Assembly (NCBI GenBank): GCA_965283875.1
Contig: CBDIQC010000001.1
Location: 1,086,378 to 1,150,377, forward strand
DNA: 64,000 nucleotides
Source of the DNA: an uncultured Elusimicrobia bacterium
Lineage (GTDB): Bacteria; Elusimicrobiota; Elusimicrobia; UBA1565; UBA9628
Direction of reading: 5' to 3'
This document shows, piece after piece, positions 18,834-29,400 of this stretch (position 1 is the stretch's first letter; each line of letters starts with the position of its first letter). Position numbers and translations under genes: made by a program. The notes below the pieces were generated by a model. That model was not told the origin of the DNA. It worked only from the letters and a program-made list of their open reading frames with translations, and did no database searches.

Positions 18834-19598
18834 TTAAGGCGCGGCGGGACACGGCCCGTTGGCGTAGCCGAGCGTGCGGTTCTCGGCCTGCTCGACGCAC
18901 CACAGGTGGCAGCGCAGGTAGGTCTTGCCGTTATGGCAGGCGAGCTCGTTGACCGGGTCGATGCCGTCCTGCCACAGGTCGCCGCAGCCCGACACGGCGC
19001 GCCCGACGCGGTTGAGCGACACGCAATCGTCGCCGCGGCTGTCCGAGGTGAACTGGACCAGGTGGAGCCACGGCGCCGCCGCGCTGCGGCCCGTTTCGAA
19101 AGCGGGCAACGCGCCGTTGACGCCGTAAACGGACGGCGCGATGAGCGCGCGCGCGCCCATGCGCATCAGGATGTACTCCGGGCTGATGAGCGCGGGCCGC
19201 CCCACGAGCTGGGCGATGACAGCGCTCGAATCGCTCCACGGCCCGATGATGTTGCTCTCGATGAGCATGGGCTGCGTTTCGGCCCCGTTCTCGTTGACGA
19301 CCCACGAGGCGGCGATCAGCCCCGGGCGCGAGCCCGGCCAGCGGTTGCCGACGATGTCGCGCGCCGGGTCGCCCGCGCGGCGCCGCGCCGGGTCGATGAG
19401 ATGGCGGTAGGTCGAACGCGGGCCGCCGGGCCAGCGCAACGACGCTTCGTGCCGGGCGCGCTCCTCGGGGGTCTCGGCGACCGCGAGAAACGGCTTCGTC
19501 ATCCCGGCCGTCGCTTCGTCGAAGCTCAGCGGCGTAAAAGGCGGCAGGACCGCCTGCGCGGACGCGACGCCGGCCAGGAGCATCAAGAGGTTGATCAT
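18834..19598 (-). CDS. secreted Cys-containing hypothetical protein
   Basis: start at MINLLMLLAGVASAQA signal peptide (ATG 19598); 8 Cys in C-terminal half; longer track ORF to 20114 is an antisense extension over the 19738 gene. Confidence 0.5.
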   Translation of the reverse strand: MINLLMLLAGVASAQAVLPPFTPLSFDEATAGMTKPFLAVAETPEERARHEASLRWPGGPRSTYRHLIDPARRRAGDPARDIVGNRWPGSRPGLIAASWVVNENGAETQPMLIESNIIGPWSDSSAVIAQLVGRPALISPEYILMRMGARALIAPSVYGVNGALPAFETGRSAAAPWLHLVQFTSDSRGDDCVSLNRVGRAVSGCGDLWQDGIDPVNELACHNGKTYLRCHLWCVEQAENRTLGYANGPCPAAP

Positions 19599-19682
19599 GG
19601 GCCCTGATTCTACACCTCTCGCGCGGGGCCGGGGCCGCAATCTGCGGGAAAAACGCCGCTTTTTTCGCCCTCCCCCCCGGGG

Positions 19683-19711
19683 TTGACGGCCGGCGCGACG
19701 CGCCTTACACT
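19683..19711 (+). promoter_or_regulatory. putative sigma70 promoter TTGACG-17-TACACT with AGGAGG RBS at 19723
   Basis: read directly; correctly spaced from ATG 19738. Confidence 0.4.
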
Positions 19712-19737
19712 GGACGCGCGACAGGAGGATCAACGAC

Positions 19738-20202
19738 ATGGGTCCCGAGCGCCAGGACGTGCAGAAAACGACGCCGTCGGGCTTGACCTTCGAGCAGTTC
19801 ATCAAGGACGTGGCCTCGAAGGCCAAGCTCAACGTGATGGTGAAGGGCCCCGAGATGGTCGTGGTCCCCTGGGACATCTCCGAGGGTCGTAAGCAGAACA
19901 CGTTCGTGCGCCCGCTCGGCACCACCGGCATCGGGCTCATCATCTCCTTCTTCTCCCCCACCCGCAAGATCGTCACCGGCTCGGAACTCGACCTCGCCGC
20001 CGCGCTCGACATGCTGCGCAAAAACGCGCGCATCCCGCACGGCGCCTGGGCCATCGCCAGCGTCATGGGCGAGGAGTACCTGGGCGTGCAGGACACCCAG
20101 CTCGCCCACACCATGCAGCCCGACGAGTTCTACGCGTCCGCGCTCGCGGTCGCCCGGCTGGCCGACGAGGCGGAGCAGAAGCTCGGGACCGACACCTTCT
20201 AG
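19738..20202 (+). CDS. YbjN-like (putative sensory-transduction regulator / T3SS-chaperone-like fold) protein
   Basis: 154 aa soluble; overall pattern resembles YbjN domain; low certainty. Confidence 0.5.
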   Translation: MGPERQDVQKTTPSGLTFEQFIKDVASKAKLNVMVKGPEMVVVPWDISEGRKQNTFVRPLGTTGIGLIISFFSPTRKIVTGSELDLAAALDMLRKNARIPHGAWAIASVMGEEYLGVQDTQLAHTMQPDEFYASALAVARLADEAEQKLGTDTF

Positions 20203-20206
20203 CGGC

Positions 20207-21229
20207 GTGCCCCGGCGCGAGGCGCACATCATCGGCCCGGTCGCGGACTGGGCGCATCTCATCCTCGCGCCGCTGTGGGCCCTGGGCCTGGGTCTCCTGC
20301 TCGGCGCCGGCCCGCTCGCCCGCGGCCGCGTATCGGCCTTCGGCCTCTCCGCCTCCCCGACCGACGCCTTCATCGGCGCCTTCATCATGGCGCACCTCGC
20401 GCTCGTGTTCGCGCGCAGCCATCTCGACGCCGCGGTGCGCGAGCGCCACCCGGTGCGTTTCTTCGTCGTGCCCCCGCTGCTGCTCGCCGTGCTCCTGGCT
20501 TCGCCCACGGCGCGCGCCGTCGCCGTGGTCCTCGCGGTGTGGTGGGACGTCTATCATTCGAGCCTGCAGACCTTCGGCCTCGGCCGGATGCTCGACCGGA
20601 AGGCGGGCAACGACGCGGAGGCCGGGCGCGGCCTCGATTTCGCGCTGAACCTGTTCCTCTATATAGGGCCGGTATTGTCCGGCTCCTTGCTGCTGTTCCA
20701 CGCCAGCTCGTTTTACGAGTTGGCGGATTCTAATCTCGCCGTTTTGACCCGGATACCCGACGCCATGAAAGGCGCCCAAGCCGTCATTCGACAAGCCTTG
20801 CTCATATCATTCGTTCCGTTCCTCGCCTATTACCTCTGGCGTTACCGACGCCTCGTCGCCGGCGGCTACGTGACGGATAAACGGAAGATCTGGCTCTACC
20901 TCGGCACCGCGTTGTGCTCGGTCTGGGCGTGGGGCTTCAACCCGCTCGGCATGGGGCTGTTCATCATGAACTTCTTCCACGCGTGGCAGTATTACGCGTT
21001 GGTCTGGCGCTACGAGGGCGACAACGTGGCCGCCGCCGTCGGCGTGAAAGGCCCGCGCCGCGGCGCCGTCGCGCTGGCGCTGCTCGTTGGGGCGGGTTTC
21101 CTCTACGGCGGCGTGTTCGGGTTCCTGGGCGAGCTCACCGACGCCGGCCTGTGCGTCACCCTCGTCGTCAGCCTGCTGCATTTCTGGTACGACGGCTTCG
21201 TCTGGTCGGTCCGGGCGGAGCACGTCTAG
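20207..21229 (+). CDS. hypothetical polytopic membrane protein (GTG start)
   Basis: about 8 TM helices; no known motif recognised. Confidence 0.5.
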   Translation: MPRREAHIIGPVADWAHLILAPLWALGLGLLLGAGPLARGRVSAFGLSASPTDAFIGAFIMAHLALVFARSHLDAAVRERHPVRFFVVPPLLLAVLLASPTARAVAVVLAVWWDVYHSSLQTFGLGRMLDRKAGNDAEAGRGLDFALNLFLYIGPVLSGSLLLFHASSFYELADSNLAVLTRIPDAMKGAQAVIRQALLISFVPFLAYYLWRYRRLVAGGYVTDKRKIWLYLGTALCSVWAWGFNPLGMGLFIMNFFHAWQYYALVWRYEGDNVAAAVGVKGPRRGAVALALLVGAGFLYGGVFGFLGELTDAGLCVTLVVSLLHFWYDGFVWSVRAEHV

Positions 21230-21249
21230 GATTTGATAACCTCCCCCTC

Positions 21250-22482
21250 ATGAAAGACCGAATCTCCCCCGAATTTATCCGCGCCATCCCCAAGTCGGAC
21301 CTGCATCTCCACCTCGACGGCTCCTTGCGTTTGAAGACGCTCATCGAGCTGGCGCGCGAGGCCAAGGTCAAGCTTCCCTCCTACACCGAAGCGGGGCTGC
21401 GGCGCCTGGTCTTCAAGGACGCCTACAAGGACCTGCCCGACTACCTGCACGGCTTCATGTACACCTGCGGCGTGCTCAACGGCGAGCTCGACAACCTCTC
21501 GCGCGTCGCCCAGGAGCTCGTCGAGGATAACGCCGAAGAGGGCGTGCGCTACATCGAGGTGCGCTTCGCCCCGCAGCTGCACGTGACGTCGGCCATCGGC
21601 GTGCGCGACGTCGTGCGCGCCGTCAACAAGGGCCTGGCCGCCGGCGCCAAGGCGCACAACGCGTCTCGCGCCGTCAAATCGGGCGAGGACCTCCCGTTCC
21701 ACTACGGCATGATCCTCTGCGCCATGCGCCGCTTCAAACGCGGCATGTCGCCGTATTTCGCCGACATGCTGCGCCTCATGGAGCATTCACCCAAGGACGA
21801 GGTGTACGCGGCCGCGTCCCTCGAGCTGGCGCGCGCGGGCGTCGAACTCGCGGAAGAAGGCCTTCCCGTCGTGGCCTTCGACCTGGCCGGCGAGGAGTCG
21901 GGTTACCCGCCCGCCGACCACTGGGCCGCCTACCAGTACGCCCACAACCACTTCCTGAGGAAGACGGTGCACGCCGGCGAAGCCTACGGCCCCGAATCCA
22001 TCTGGCAGGCCGTCACGCAGTGCCACGCCAACCGCATCGGCCACGGCACCTTCCTCTTCGCCCACGACCTCATCGCCGACCCCAAGATCGAGGACCGGCG
22101 CAAATACGTGGACGACCTGGCCAACTACCTCGCCAGCCAGCGCATCGGCATCGAGGTCTGCGTCACCAGCAACCTGCAGACCATCCCGTCCATCAAGTCC
22201 ATCGCCCATCACCCCATCCGCAAGTTGCTCGACTACGGCCTGTCGGTCTCGGTGTGCACCGACAACCGCCTGGTCTCCAACACCACCGTGAGCCGCGAGA
22301 TGGGCCTCATCGTCGAGCACGCCAAGCTCTCGCGCTCCGAGCTGCGTCGCCTCGTCATCGCCGGCTTCAAAGGCAGCTTCTTCCACGGCACCTTCGGCGA
22401 GAAGCGCAAGTTCGTCTCCGCCGTCGGCGCCCGCTACGACGCCCTCGAAGCAACTAAGCTGGGGGACAGGCCCTCAGCTTAG
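21250..22482 (+). CDS. add: adenosine deaminase
   Basis: HLHLDGSL, VRYIEVRF, HAGE, CHANRIGHG, SVCTDN motifs of the Add metal-dependent hydrolase family. Confidence 0.9.
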   Translation: MKDRISPEFIRAIPKSDLHLHLDGSLRLKTLIELAREAKVKLPSYTEAGLRRLVFKDAYKDLPDYLHGFMYTCGVLNGELDNLSRVAQELVEDNAEEGVRYIEVRFAPQLHVTSAIGVRDVVRAVNKGLAAGAKAHNASRAVKSGEDLPFHYGMILCAMRRFKRGMSPYFADMLRLMEHSPKDEVYAAASLELARAGVELAEEGLPVVAFDLAGEESGYPPADHWAAYQYAHNHFLRKTVHAGEAYGPESIWQAVTQCHANRIGHGTFLFAHDLIADPKIEDRRKYVDDLANYLASQRIGIEVCVTSNLQTIPSIKSIAHHPIRKLLDYGLSVSVCTDNRLVSNTTVSREMGLIVEHAKLSRSELRRLVIAGFKGSFFHGTFGEKRKFVSAVGARYDALEATKLGDRPSA

Positions 22483-22503
22483 CTGACCTGGCACTGGGCT
22501 TCG
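22452..22503. repeat. copy L of a 52-55 bp palindromic element (internal hairpin ctaagctg-N13-cagcttag)
   Basis: aactaagctgggggacaggccctcagcttagctgacctggcactgggcttcg; inverted copy at 23222-23280. Confidence 0.6.
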
Positions 22504-22522
22504 TTTCAACGTAGCGCGGTAG

Positions 22523-22816
22523 CTACGGCGTGGGTTGTGTGCGACCGCAGGAAAAGGCAACGATGGCGACCAGCATGACCAGGCCCGCCGCCGCCGAGAA
22601 CAACCAGGGGCCGTAGGCCTTGGGCTTCGCCGCTACGTGCGGCCGACGGCCCGGGCCCAGAGGCGGAAGCGCCACCATCGCGGCGTCAATTTCGGCTTCG
22701 GTGAACTTCTTCTTAGCGAGCAGCGCGCGCACCTCGCCGTCCACGCGTTTCTCGCGCTCGGCGAAGGCCAGCACCATCGCGTCGTGCACCCGCGCAGGAT
22801 CCGGCGCGTCGCTCAT
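22523..22816 (-). CDS. small C-terminally membrane-anchored hypothetical protein
   Basis: 97 aa; C-terminal TM WLFSAAAGLVMLVAIVAF; ATGA coupling with cupin gene. Confidence 0.5.
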   Translation of the reverse strand: MSDAPDPARVHDAMVLAFAEREKRVDGEVRALLAKKKFTEAEIDAAMVALPPLGPGRRPHVAAKPKAYGPWLFSAAAGLVMLVAIVAFSCGRTQPTP

Positions 22817-23178
22817 GCTGGGTCGCGTTTAACGGTATCAGGCGAGAACGCCGGCACACACACGGCCACGTACTCCGCTCCGTCGGCACCCGGCGTAGAG
22901 TAACGCACCCACTCGCCCTTCGGCGTGATGACAGCCTGTCCGGCGCGGACCTGAATGGTGCCGGCCTTGGTCTCCACCTGGAGTACGCCCGCGAGCACGA
23001 CGGTGTATTCGTCAAACTGCGGCGTCTGCCCTGGCTCGACCCAGCCGCCCGGACTTTTCATTCGCGCCACGCTGACCGTAGACGTCCCGGAGTTCACGCG
23101 GCCGACGAATTCCTGAATAAGCTTGGGTTTTGTGCCCACGGCTTCGACGACGGAGGGTTTTTCAATCAGCGTAGCCAT
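22813..23178 (-). CDS. cupin-domain protein
   Basis: 121 aa; beta-rich, GxWVExGQ...VxLAGVLQV...GxAVIxPxGEWVRY cupin_2-like pattern. Confidence 0.65.
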   Translation of the reverse strand: MATLIEKPSVVEAVGTKPKLIQEFVGRVNSGTSTVSVARMKSPGGWVEPGQTPQFDEYTVVLAGVLQVETKAGTIQVRAGQAVITPKGEWVRYSTPGADGAEYVAVCVPAFSPDTVKRDPA

Positions 23179-23221
23179 GTTCTAATTCTAGGAAATGTTG
23201 GCTACGGAACAGCCCCATTGT

Positions 23222-23280
23222 CGACTAAGCTGAGTGCCAGGTCAACTAAGCCAGGGGCCTGTCCCCCAGCTTAGTTGGAC
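23222..23280. repeat. copy R (inverted) of the palindromic element; overlaps pepN stop codon
   Basis: reverse complement of 23221-23280 = gtccaactaagctgggggacaggcccctggcttagttgacctggcactcagcttagtcga, about 45/52 identical to copy L. Confidence 0.6.
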
Positions 23281-26276
23281 CAGGCTTTCAGGGAGGCGGA
23301 CTGGGTGGCGCGCAGGCGCAGGCCCAGGTCGATGGTCTCGAGGGTCTGGTCGAGGGTTTTGCGGGCCATCTCGACGTCGTTGGCGGGCGCGCGGAAGAAG
23401 GCCTCGACCTCGGCGCGCCACTCGGGCGAGACGAGGCCGCCGGCCGCCGCGACGACGCGGGTCGCGCCGCGCGGGCCGACCTTGGCGACGAGGGCCGGCC
23501 AGTGGGCCTTCACGAACTCCCAGGCGCGGGCGCGCGAGAGCGGGTTCGACAACAGCCACACGAAGGGCTTCCACGCGTCCTGGGCGCGGATCTCGGGCGA
23601 CAGCGTCATCGCCAGGTAAGACTCGAGCAGCGCGGGCTGCGTGAACTCGGCGAGCGCGCGCAGCATCAGCTCCTTCTGCTCGGGCGTGCGCGGGGAGGCG
23701 AGACGCTCGCGGTACGCGTCGAAGAGCGCCGCGTCGCCGGCGCGGGCGGCGGCGGTGAGCACGACGGGCTGGATGGCGGCGTCCACGGCCGCCGGGTCGT
23801 CGAGGTAGGCGGCCATGCGCGGCGCGACGCCGTCGGCCACGGCCTGGGGCGCGAGCAGCGCGAGAGCGTTGAGCACGGTGGGACGCGTGAGCGTGGCGTC
23901 GGCGGATTCCTTGGGCTTCTTGTCCCAGCCCAGCCGCGCGAGCGCGGGCGCGAAGAAATCCGCGGTGAACGCGGCGAGGCGCGTCCTCTCGACGTCGGTC
24001 GAAGCCAGCTCCTGGCGCAAGGTCTTCAGGTAGCCGGCCGCGTCCTCGAGCAGGAGGCGCGACGGGTCGCCCTTGAAGGCGGCCAACGCGTCGAGGAACT
24101 GATCCACGGGCATCACGCCCGCGCGGGTCTGCGCCCACAGGTGGTTGAGCAGGCCCGAGCTTTCCTCGACGCTCAGCTCCTTGCGATACGCGAGCAGCCC
24201 GGAGAGGGTCCGCGCGTCGAAGGAGAGCCGGTAGTAGCCGACCTCGCCGGCGTTGGGATACGCCCAGAGGACCTCGCCTTTCCCGGGCAGCGTCACGCGC
24301 GCCTGGCGTCCGTCGAGCAGCACGCGGCTCACGCGGGTCTTGCGCTCGCCTTTGAGGCGGTAGCGCACGGTCACGGGCACGGGCCACAGCGACGCGTCCT
24401 CGCGCCCGAACGCGGAGAAACGTTTCTGCGTCAGCGTCAGCTCGCGCCCGGAAAGCGCGGCGCTCACCACGGGCACGCCCGGCCGCTCCAGCCACGCCTC
24501 GGCCATGGCGCGGATGGGTTTGCCCGACGCGGTCTCGATCTCGCGCCAGAAGTGCGCGGACTCGGCGTTTTTGTAGGCGTAACGCTTCATGTAGGCGCGC
24601 ACGCCCTTGAGGAAATCCTTCTCGCCGACGTAGGCCTCGATCATGCGCAGCAGGGCGCCGCCTTTCTCGTAGGACATCGGGTCGAACATGGCCTGGATCT
24701 CGGCGGGCGTGGACGCCTGGGAGCGCACGGCGCGCGTGCCCGGCAGCGCGTCGATGGACAACGGCGCGCGTTTGCCCTGGCCGAAGTCCTCCCACACCTT
24801 CCAGCCCGGCTTCCAGTCGTGCACGACCTTGTAGGCGACCCAGGTGGCGAAAGCTTCGTTGAGCCACAGGTCGTTCCACCAGCCCATCGTCACAAGGTTG
24901 CCGAACCACTGGTGCACGACCTCGTGGCTGACCACCTCGGCCACGCGGCGTTTGGCCGCGTCGGAGGAAAGCTTCGGATCGATGAGGAACGACGCGTCCC
25001 TGAACAGGATGGCGCCCCAGTTCTCCATGGCGCCCGAGGCGAAGTCGGGCGAGACCACGAGGTCGAGCTTGGGCAGCATGTACGGGTAGGCGAACCACTT
25101 GTTGAGGAAGCCGAGCGCCTGCACCGCCGCGTCGAGCGCGAAATCGGCCTGCGCGAGCTGCTCCGGCGGCGCCCACACCGTCACCACGGTTTTGCCGACC
25201 TTGCGGCTCTTGGGCGACAGGCGCGCGGCGAACACGGCGAGCAGATAGGAGGACATCTTCGGCGTCTCGGCGAAGCTCACGACGCGCCGTCCGTCGGCCG
25301 TGACGTCGGACGTCGCGGGCATGTTCGACAACGGCTGCAGGCCCGCCGGCACGTCGAGCGTGAGGCGGAAGGACGCCTTGAAGGCGGGCTCGTCCCAGGA
25401 CGGCAGCACGCGCCGCGCGTGCGTGGGCTCGAGGTGCGTGAACGCCCAGGCCTCTTCCTTGCCGCCGGTTTTGCCGCGCGCCTTGAACAAGCCGCGCATC
25501 AGCTCGTTCATCTTCCCGGAATACTCCAGCTCGACGACGGCGGCGCCCTTTTTGAGCGGCTGCTCGAGAATCAAGGTCACGGTCTCGGCCTTGTCGTCCA
25601 CTAATACCCGCGACGCGTCGAGAACGCGGCCGTTGACCAGCACCCGGTCGTAAGAGAGGTCCAACGAGTTCATCACGAGACGAGTCGTCGGTTCCGTCGC
25701 GTTCAAGCTCGTTTTAACGCGGCCTTTGAACGTTCCGGTCTCCGGCTCGAGCGCGAGGCGCAGGTCGTAACGTTTGGGCTTGACCGACTTCGGCAGGCGG
25801 CCCGCCGGCGCCGCGGGCGTCGCCGGGCTCGCCGGACGCAGGCTCGCGCCGGGCATGTCGGAAAGGCTCCCGCTGGGATTGCAGCCCGCGCAGGCCGGCG
25901 CCAGCTCGCCGAGCTCGCGCGGCAGCAACGCGTCGAAGCCGGCGTCGAGCGCGGCGGCCGGGGCGTCGTGCGCGGCCGTGATGGCGGCGTCGAGGGCTTC
26001 GAGCGCGGCCTTCGGCGCGGCCGCGACGGCGGCGGGCGCCGCGGCGAGCGGCGCGGGGGCGGGAGCGATCGCGGGAGACGGCAGGAAAGACGCGAGCGGC
26101 GCGGCGCTGAAAGGGGCGTTGTTCATGGGTTGGAGGGACGGCGCTCTAGTTGGAACAACGATGAGGCCGCTCAGCGGCCTCACGGACGGCGCGACGCGCG
26201 CGACCGTGCCGGCCGACGCGGGCGAGACGAGGAGCAGCGAAGCGGCGAACGCGCGCGCGGCCTTCATCCCCCGCAT
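23271..26276 (-). CDS. pepN: aminopeptidase N (M1 family), secreted, with N-terminal Ala/Pro-rich linker
   Basis: GAMENWG and HEVVHQWFGNLVTMGWWNDLWLNEAFA (HExxH-18-E) motifs; signal peptide. Confidence 0.9.
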   Translation of the reverse strand: MRGMKAARAFAASLLLVSPASAGTVARVAPSVRPLSGLIVVPTRAPSLQPMNNAPFSAAPLASFLPSPAIAPAPAPLAAAPAAVAAAPKAALEALDAAITAAHDAPAAALDAGFDALLPRELGELAPACAGCNPSGSLSDMPGASLRPASPATPAAPAGRLPKSVKPKRYDLRLALEPETGTFKGRVKTSLNATEPTTRLVMNSLDLSYDRVLVNGRVLDASRVLVDDKAETVTLILEQPLKKGAAVVELEYSGKMNELMRGLFKARGKTGGKEEAWAFTHLEPTHARRVLPSWDEPAFKASFRLTLDVPAGLQPLSNMPATSDVTADGRRVVSFAETPKMSSYLLAVFAARLSPKSRKVGKTVVTVWAPPEQLAQADFALDAAVQALGFLNKWFAYPYMLPKLDLVVSPDFASGAMENWGAILFRDASFLIDPKLSSDAAKRRVAEVVSHEVVHQWFGNLVTMGWWNDLWLNEAFATWVAYKVVHDWKPGWKVWEDFGQGKRAPLSIDALPGTRAVRSQASTPAEIQAMFDPMSYEKGGALLRMIEAYVGEKDFLKGVRAYMKRYAYKNAESAHFWREIETASGKPIRAMAEAWLERPGVPVVSAALSGRELTLTQKRFSAFGREDASLWPVPVTVRYRLKGERKTRVSRVLLDGRQARVTLPGKGEVLWAYPNAGEVGYYRLSFDARTLSGLLAYRKELSVEESSGLLNHLWAQTRAGVMPVDQFLDALAAFKGDPSRLLLEDAAGYLKTLRQELASTDVERTRLAAFTADFFAPALARLGWDKKPKESADATLTRPTVLNALALLAPQAVADGVAPRMAAYLDDPAAVDAAIQPVVLTAAARAGDAALFDAYRERLASPRTPEQKELMLRALAEFTQPALLESYLAMTLSPEIRAQDAWKPFVWLLSNPLSRARAWEFVKAHWPALVAKVGPRGATRVVAAAGGLVSPEWRAEVEAFFRAPANDVEMARKTLDQTLETIDLGLRLRATQSASLKAWSN

Positions 26277-26482
26277 TCTAGCGGACCTCCCTATTAAAGG
26301 AGATGGGACCTCCGGGGCGTCTCGGGCAGGGCAGAGAGCCTAGACCCGAGAGGCGGAAGGCCCATACCGGAAGTCCCAGTCGGACCCGCGCGAAGGCCCA
26401 CGCGGGATAGGGCTACTACCGCGCCCGAACCGGGACCTAGGCCTCATCTCTCCGAACGGGGGCCGCAATTACAATATCCGAC

Positions 26483-29400
26483 ATGATCAAGCGTTCCCTT
26501 TCCCTCCTTATCGCCCTCCTTCTCACCAACCTTCCCGCCGCGGCCGCCGTCACCGTCGGCTCCACCGTCAAAACCTCCCGCGTCGGCGCCGCCGCGACCG
26601 CCGGCGCCGCCAACGCCGGCGCCGGCTTGGGCCTCGTCGCGCCCGCCGTCGGCCTGACCCCTTCGCTGCCCCTCGCCCCGGCCCCCGCCTTGCTCGCCAT
26701 CTCCCGCGTCGAAGCCGGTTCGCCCGACGCCGTGCGGCTGCTCGCCGCCGACGCCGCCCCGGCGGCCGCCTTCGTCGCCGCCGTCGCCGCGCGCCCCGCT
26801 TTGCTCGCCGACGCCGCCGTGCGCGCCGGCGCCGTCTCCGCCCTCGGTGAAGCCGCCGTCGTCCGCCTCGAAGCCGCCGCCGCCTCGTTGTCGGCCCGCG
26901 CGACGACCGACCCCGCCCTCGACGCCGCGTTGACCACGTTGCGCCGCGAGACCCCCGTGGTCTCCCCCGCCAAGGCCCAGGACGCGCTCGCGCGCGTCGC
27001 CCGCGAGCTCGGCGAGATGACGGCCGCCGCCGACGCGCCCGCGCCTTCCGCCGCCCCCGTCGCCGCCCTCAAACCCGCGGCGCGCCGCCCGGGCGCCCTG
27101 CGCCGCTTCGCCATCGCCGCGCTGGCCGCGATGACCCTCTCGCAGGCCGTGCCCGCCGTCTCTCTCGCGCAGGAACACGTCCAGGCGCCCGTGACCGCCG
27201 TCTCCGTCCAGCTCGGCGACCTGCTCGCCCAGGCCGGGCAGCGCCAGGCCGACTACGTCGAGTTCCGCACCGCCGACGACCTCGTCGCGCGCTGGGACGC
27301 CGACACCCATCTTTACGTGAACGGCGACGTCGGCCTCGACCGCGCGGCCCTGCGCCGCCTGGCCGCCTTCCTCGCCGATAAACACTGGACCGTCGTGCTC
27401 GTCCAGGACGGCTCCGGCTTCCGCTGGACCGACGCGCAGGGCCGCACGCACCATGGCGACGTCGCGCTCGAATACGCGACCGGCCAGGGCATCTTCGCCA
27501 AAGGCGGCTTCACCGGCCAAGTGAACGCGGCCACCGGCCAGCGCGACGGCTCCATCATCACCATCGTGCTCCAGCAGCGCGTGCTGCTGCTGCGCAACTC
27601 CGAGGCGCAGAAGACCCGCGGCCTCGACGGCGAGACCCAGTTCCGCGGCAACCTCGACCAGTGGGCCGTCTCCAACATGCGCAACGGCGGCGACCTCTAC
27701 GGCGCCGTGACCGAGACCGTCGAGAACGTCGATCGACTTCTCGCGCAGGCCATCGCCTCCGAGCAGGCCACCGCCGCGACCGCGCTCGCCGAAGCAAAAT
27801 CCCTCCTCTCGCAGTACGAGACCGCTCGCTCCGGCTTCGTCGGCCGCCACCCCGCCGCGACCGTCGGCCGCGCCGACGTCTCCGCCGCGCGCCGCGCCGT
27901 GGCCGAGGCCGAAGCCCTCATCGCCCAGCGCCAGACCGGCCGCGCCGCGACCGTCGCCAACGGCGTCGTGCGCGACCTGCGCTCCGCCGTCGAGCAGATG
28001 AACGGGTTCGACCGCGCCGCGACGTCGGCCGCGGAACGCCTCGCGACCGCGCGCGCCGAGCTCGACGCGCTCGACCGCGCCGCCGCCGCGTACCGCTCGT
28101 CGCACCGCGACGCCTCCGGCGACCTGGCGCGCCCCGGCGTGACCGCCTGGCGCGAGACCCTCGCCGCGGCCGCCCGCCAGCAGGCCGCCGACCCGCGCGC
28201 CGCCGAAGCGACGGCCGCGAGCGTGCTCAACGAGGTGCGCGCCGTCTCCGCCGCCTTGGCCGCCCACCCGTCGGGCGAGCGCCTGATTTCCGAAGCCCGC
28301 GAGCTTCAGGGCTCGCTCGCCGGCCGCCTGCGCGCGGGCGAAGCCCAGCCCCAGCTCACCGCCGCCGCGCAGGCCCTGCGCGAGGCCGCCTCCGCTCACG
28401 AGAACGGCGCCTCGGCCTGGTCCGCGCAGCTCGAGACCGCCAAAACCTCGCTCGCCGAGGCCGAACGCGTCATCGACGCCGCCGACGCCGCGGCCCGGAC
28501 CAAGCTCATCATGTTCTGGGTGTTCAACGTCCTCGGCGGCCTGCTGACCTTGGGCGCGCTCGCCTTCCTCAACCGCCGCGCCGCCCGCGCCGGCCGCAAG
28601 GCCGAGGAAGCGCTGACGGAGTGGGACGGCATCCTCGAGAAGAAGCTCGAGGCCATCTACGGCGGGTCTAAGCCGGGCGAGGCCCTTAATAGCCTCGAAG
28701 CCAAGATCGAAGCCTACGTCGGCCCGACCACGGGCGAGAAGTCGCGCGGCTGGGTCGGCGACACGGCGACGCTGACGGCCGCCATCCGCAAGGACTCCGG
28801 CTACGCCAAGCTCCTGCTCGCCAAGGCGCGTTCCGTGCACGACGAGGCGACCGCGCTGGTGCGCCCGAAGGCGTGGACCACGCTCGGCTGGTGGCGCAAC
28901 CTCGTGTGGCCTTCGGGCTACGCGCTCGCGGAGCGCAAGCTCTCCACCGAGCCCGTCGAGTTCAAGCCCGAGGACGGCCTGCTCGACGCCGCCGGCAAGA
29001 AGTCCGACTGGCGCGACGACCTCTACGGCGAGACCGAGAGCTACAAGCCCTTCAAGCTGCCGTTCAAGGACCTCATGGCGCAGTTCAACGCCAGCGCCAA
29101 GTCCGCCGTCGATGCGGTCACCCGCCTCGAATACGCGGTGACCCAGTCCGGCTCCGTGTTCGACGCGCTCGACGGGAAGATCGCCGCGGCCGCCAAGACG
29201 CGGGCCGGCCTCGTCGTCGCCGACGGCCTGTTCGCCGCGGCCGCCCTCTACGAGAAGGCCCTGCCCGCCGCGAGCGAGCAGGTCAAGACCTCCCGCGTCA
29301 CCGCCCAGAAGGACCCCATCACCGGCATCTACGGCGGCGGCGCCGAAGCCACGCGCATCGTCGAGGACGCCGAGGCTCTCGTGGCCATGCTGACGAAGGC

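Noticed and set aside
19599-20114. Upstream extension of the 18834 minus-strand ORF
   Set aside because: Overlaps the promoter and coding region of the convincing plus-strand gene 19738..20202. A signal-peptide start occurs at 19598.
23502-25604. 700-aa plus-strand ORF
   Set aside because: Antisense to aminopeptidase N, which has unambiguous GAMEN/HExxH motifs.
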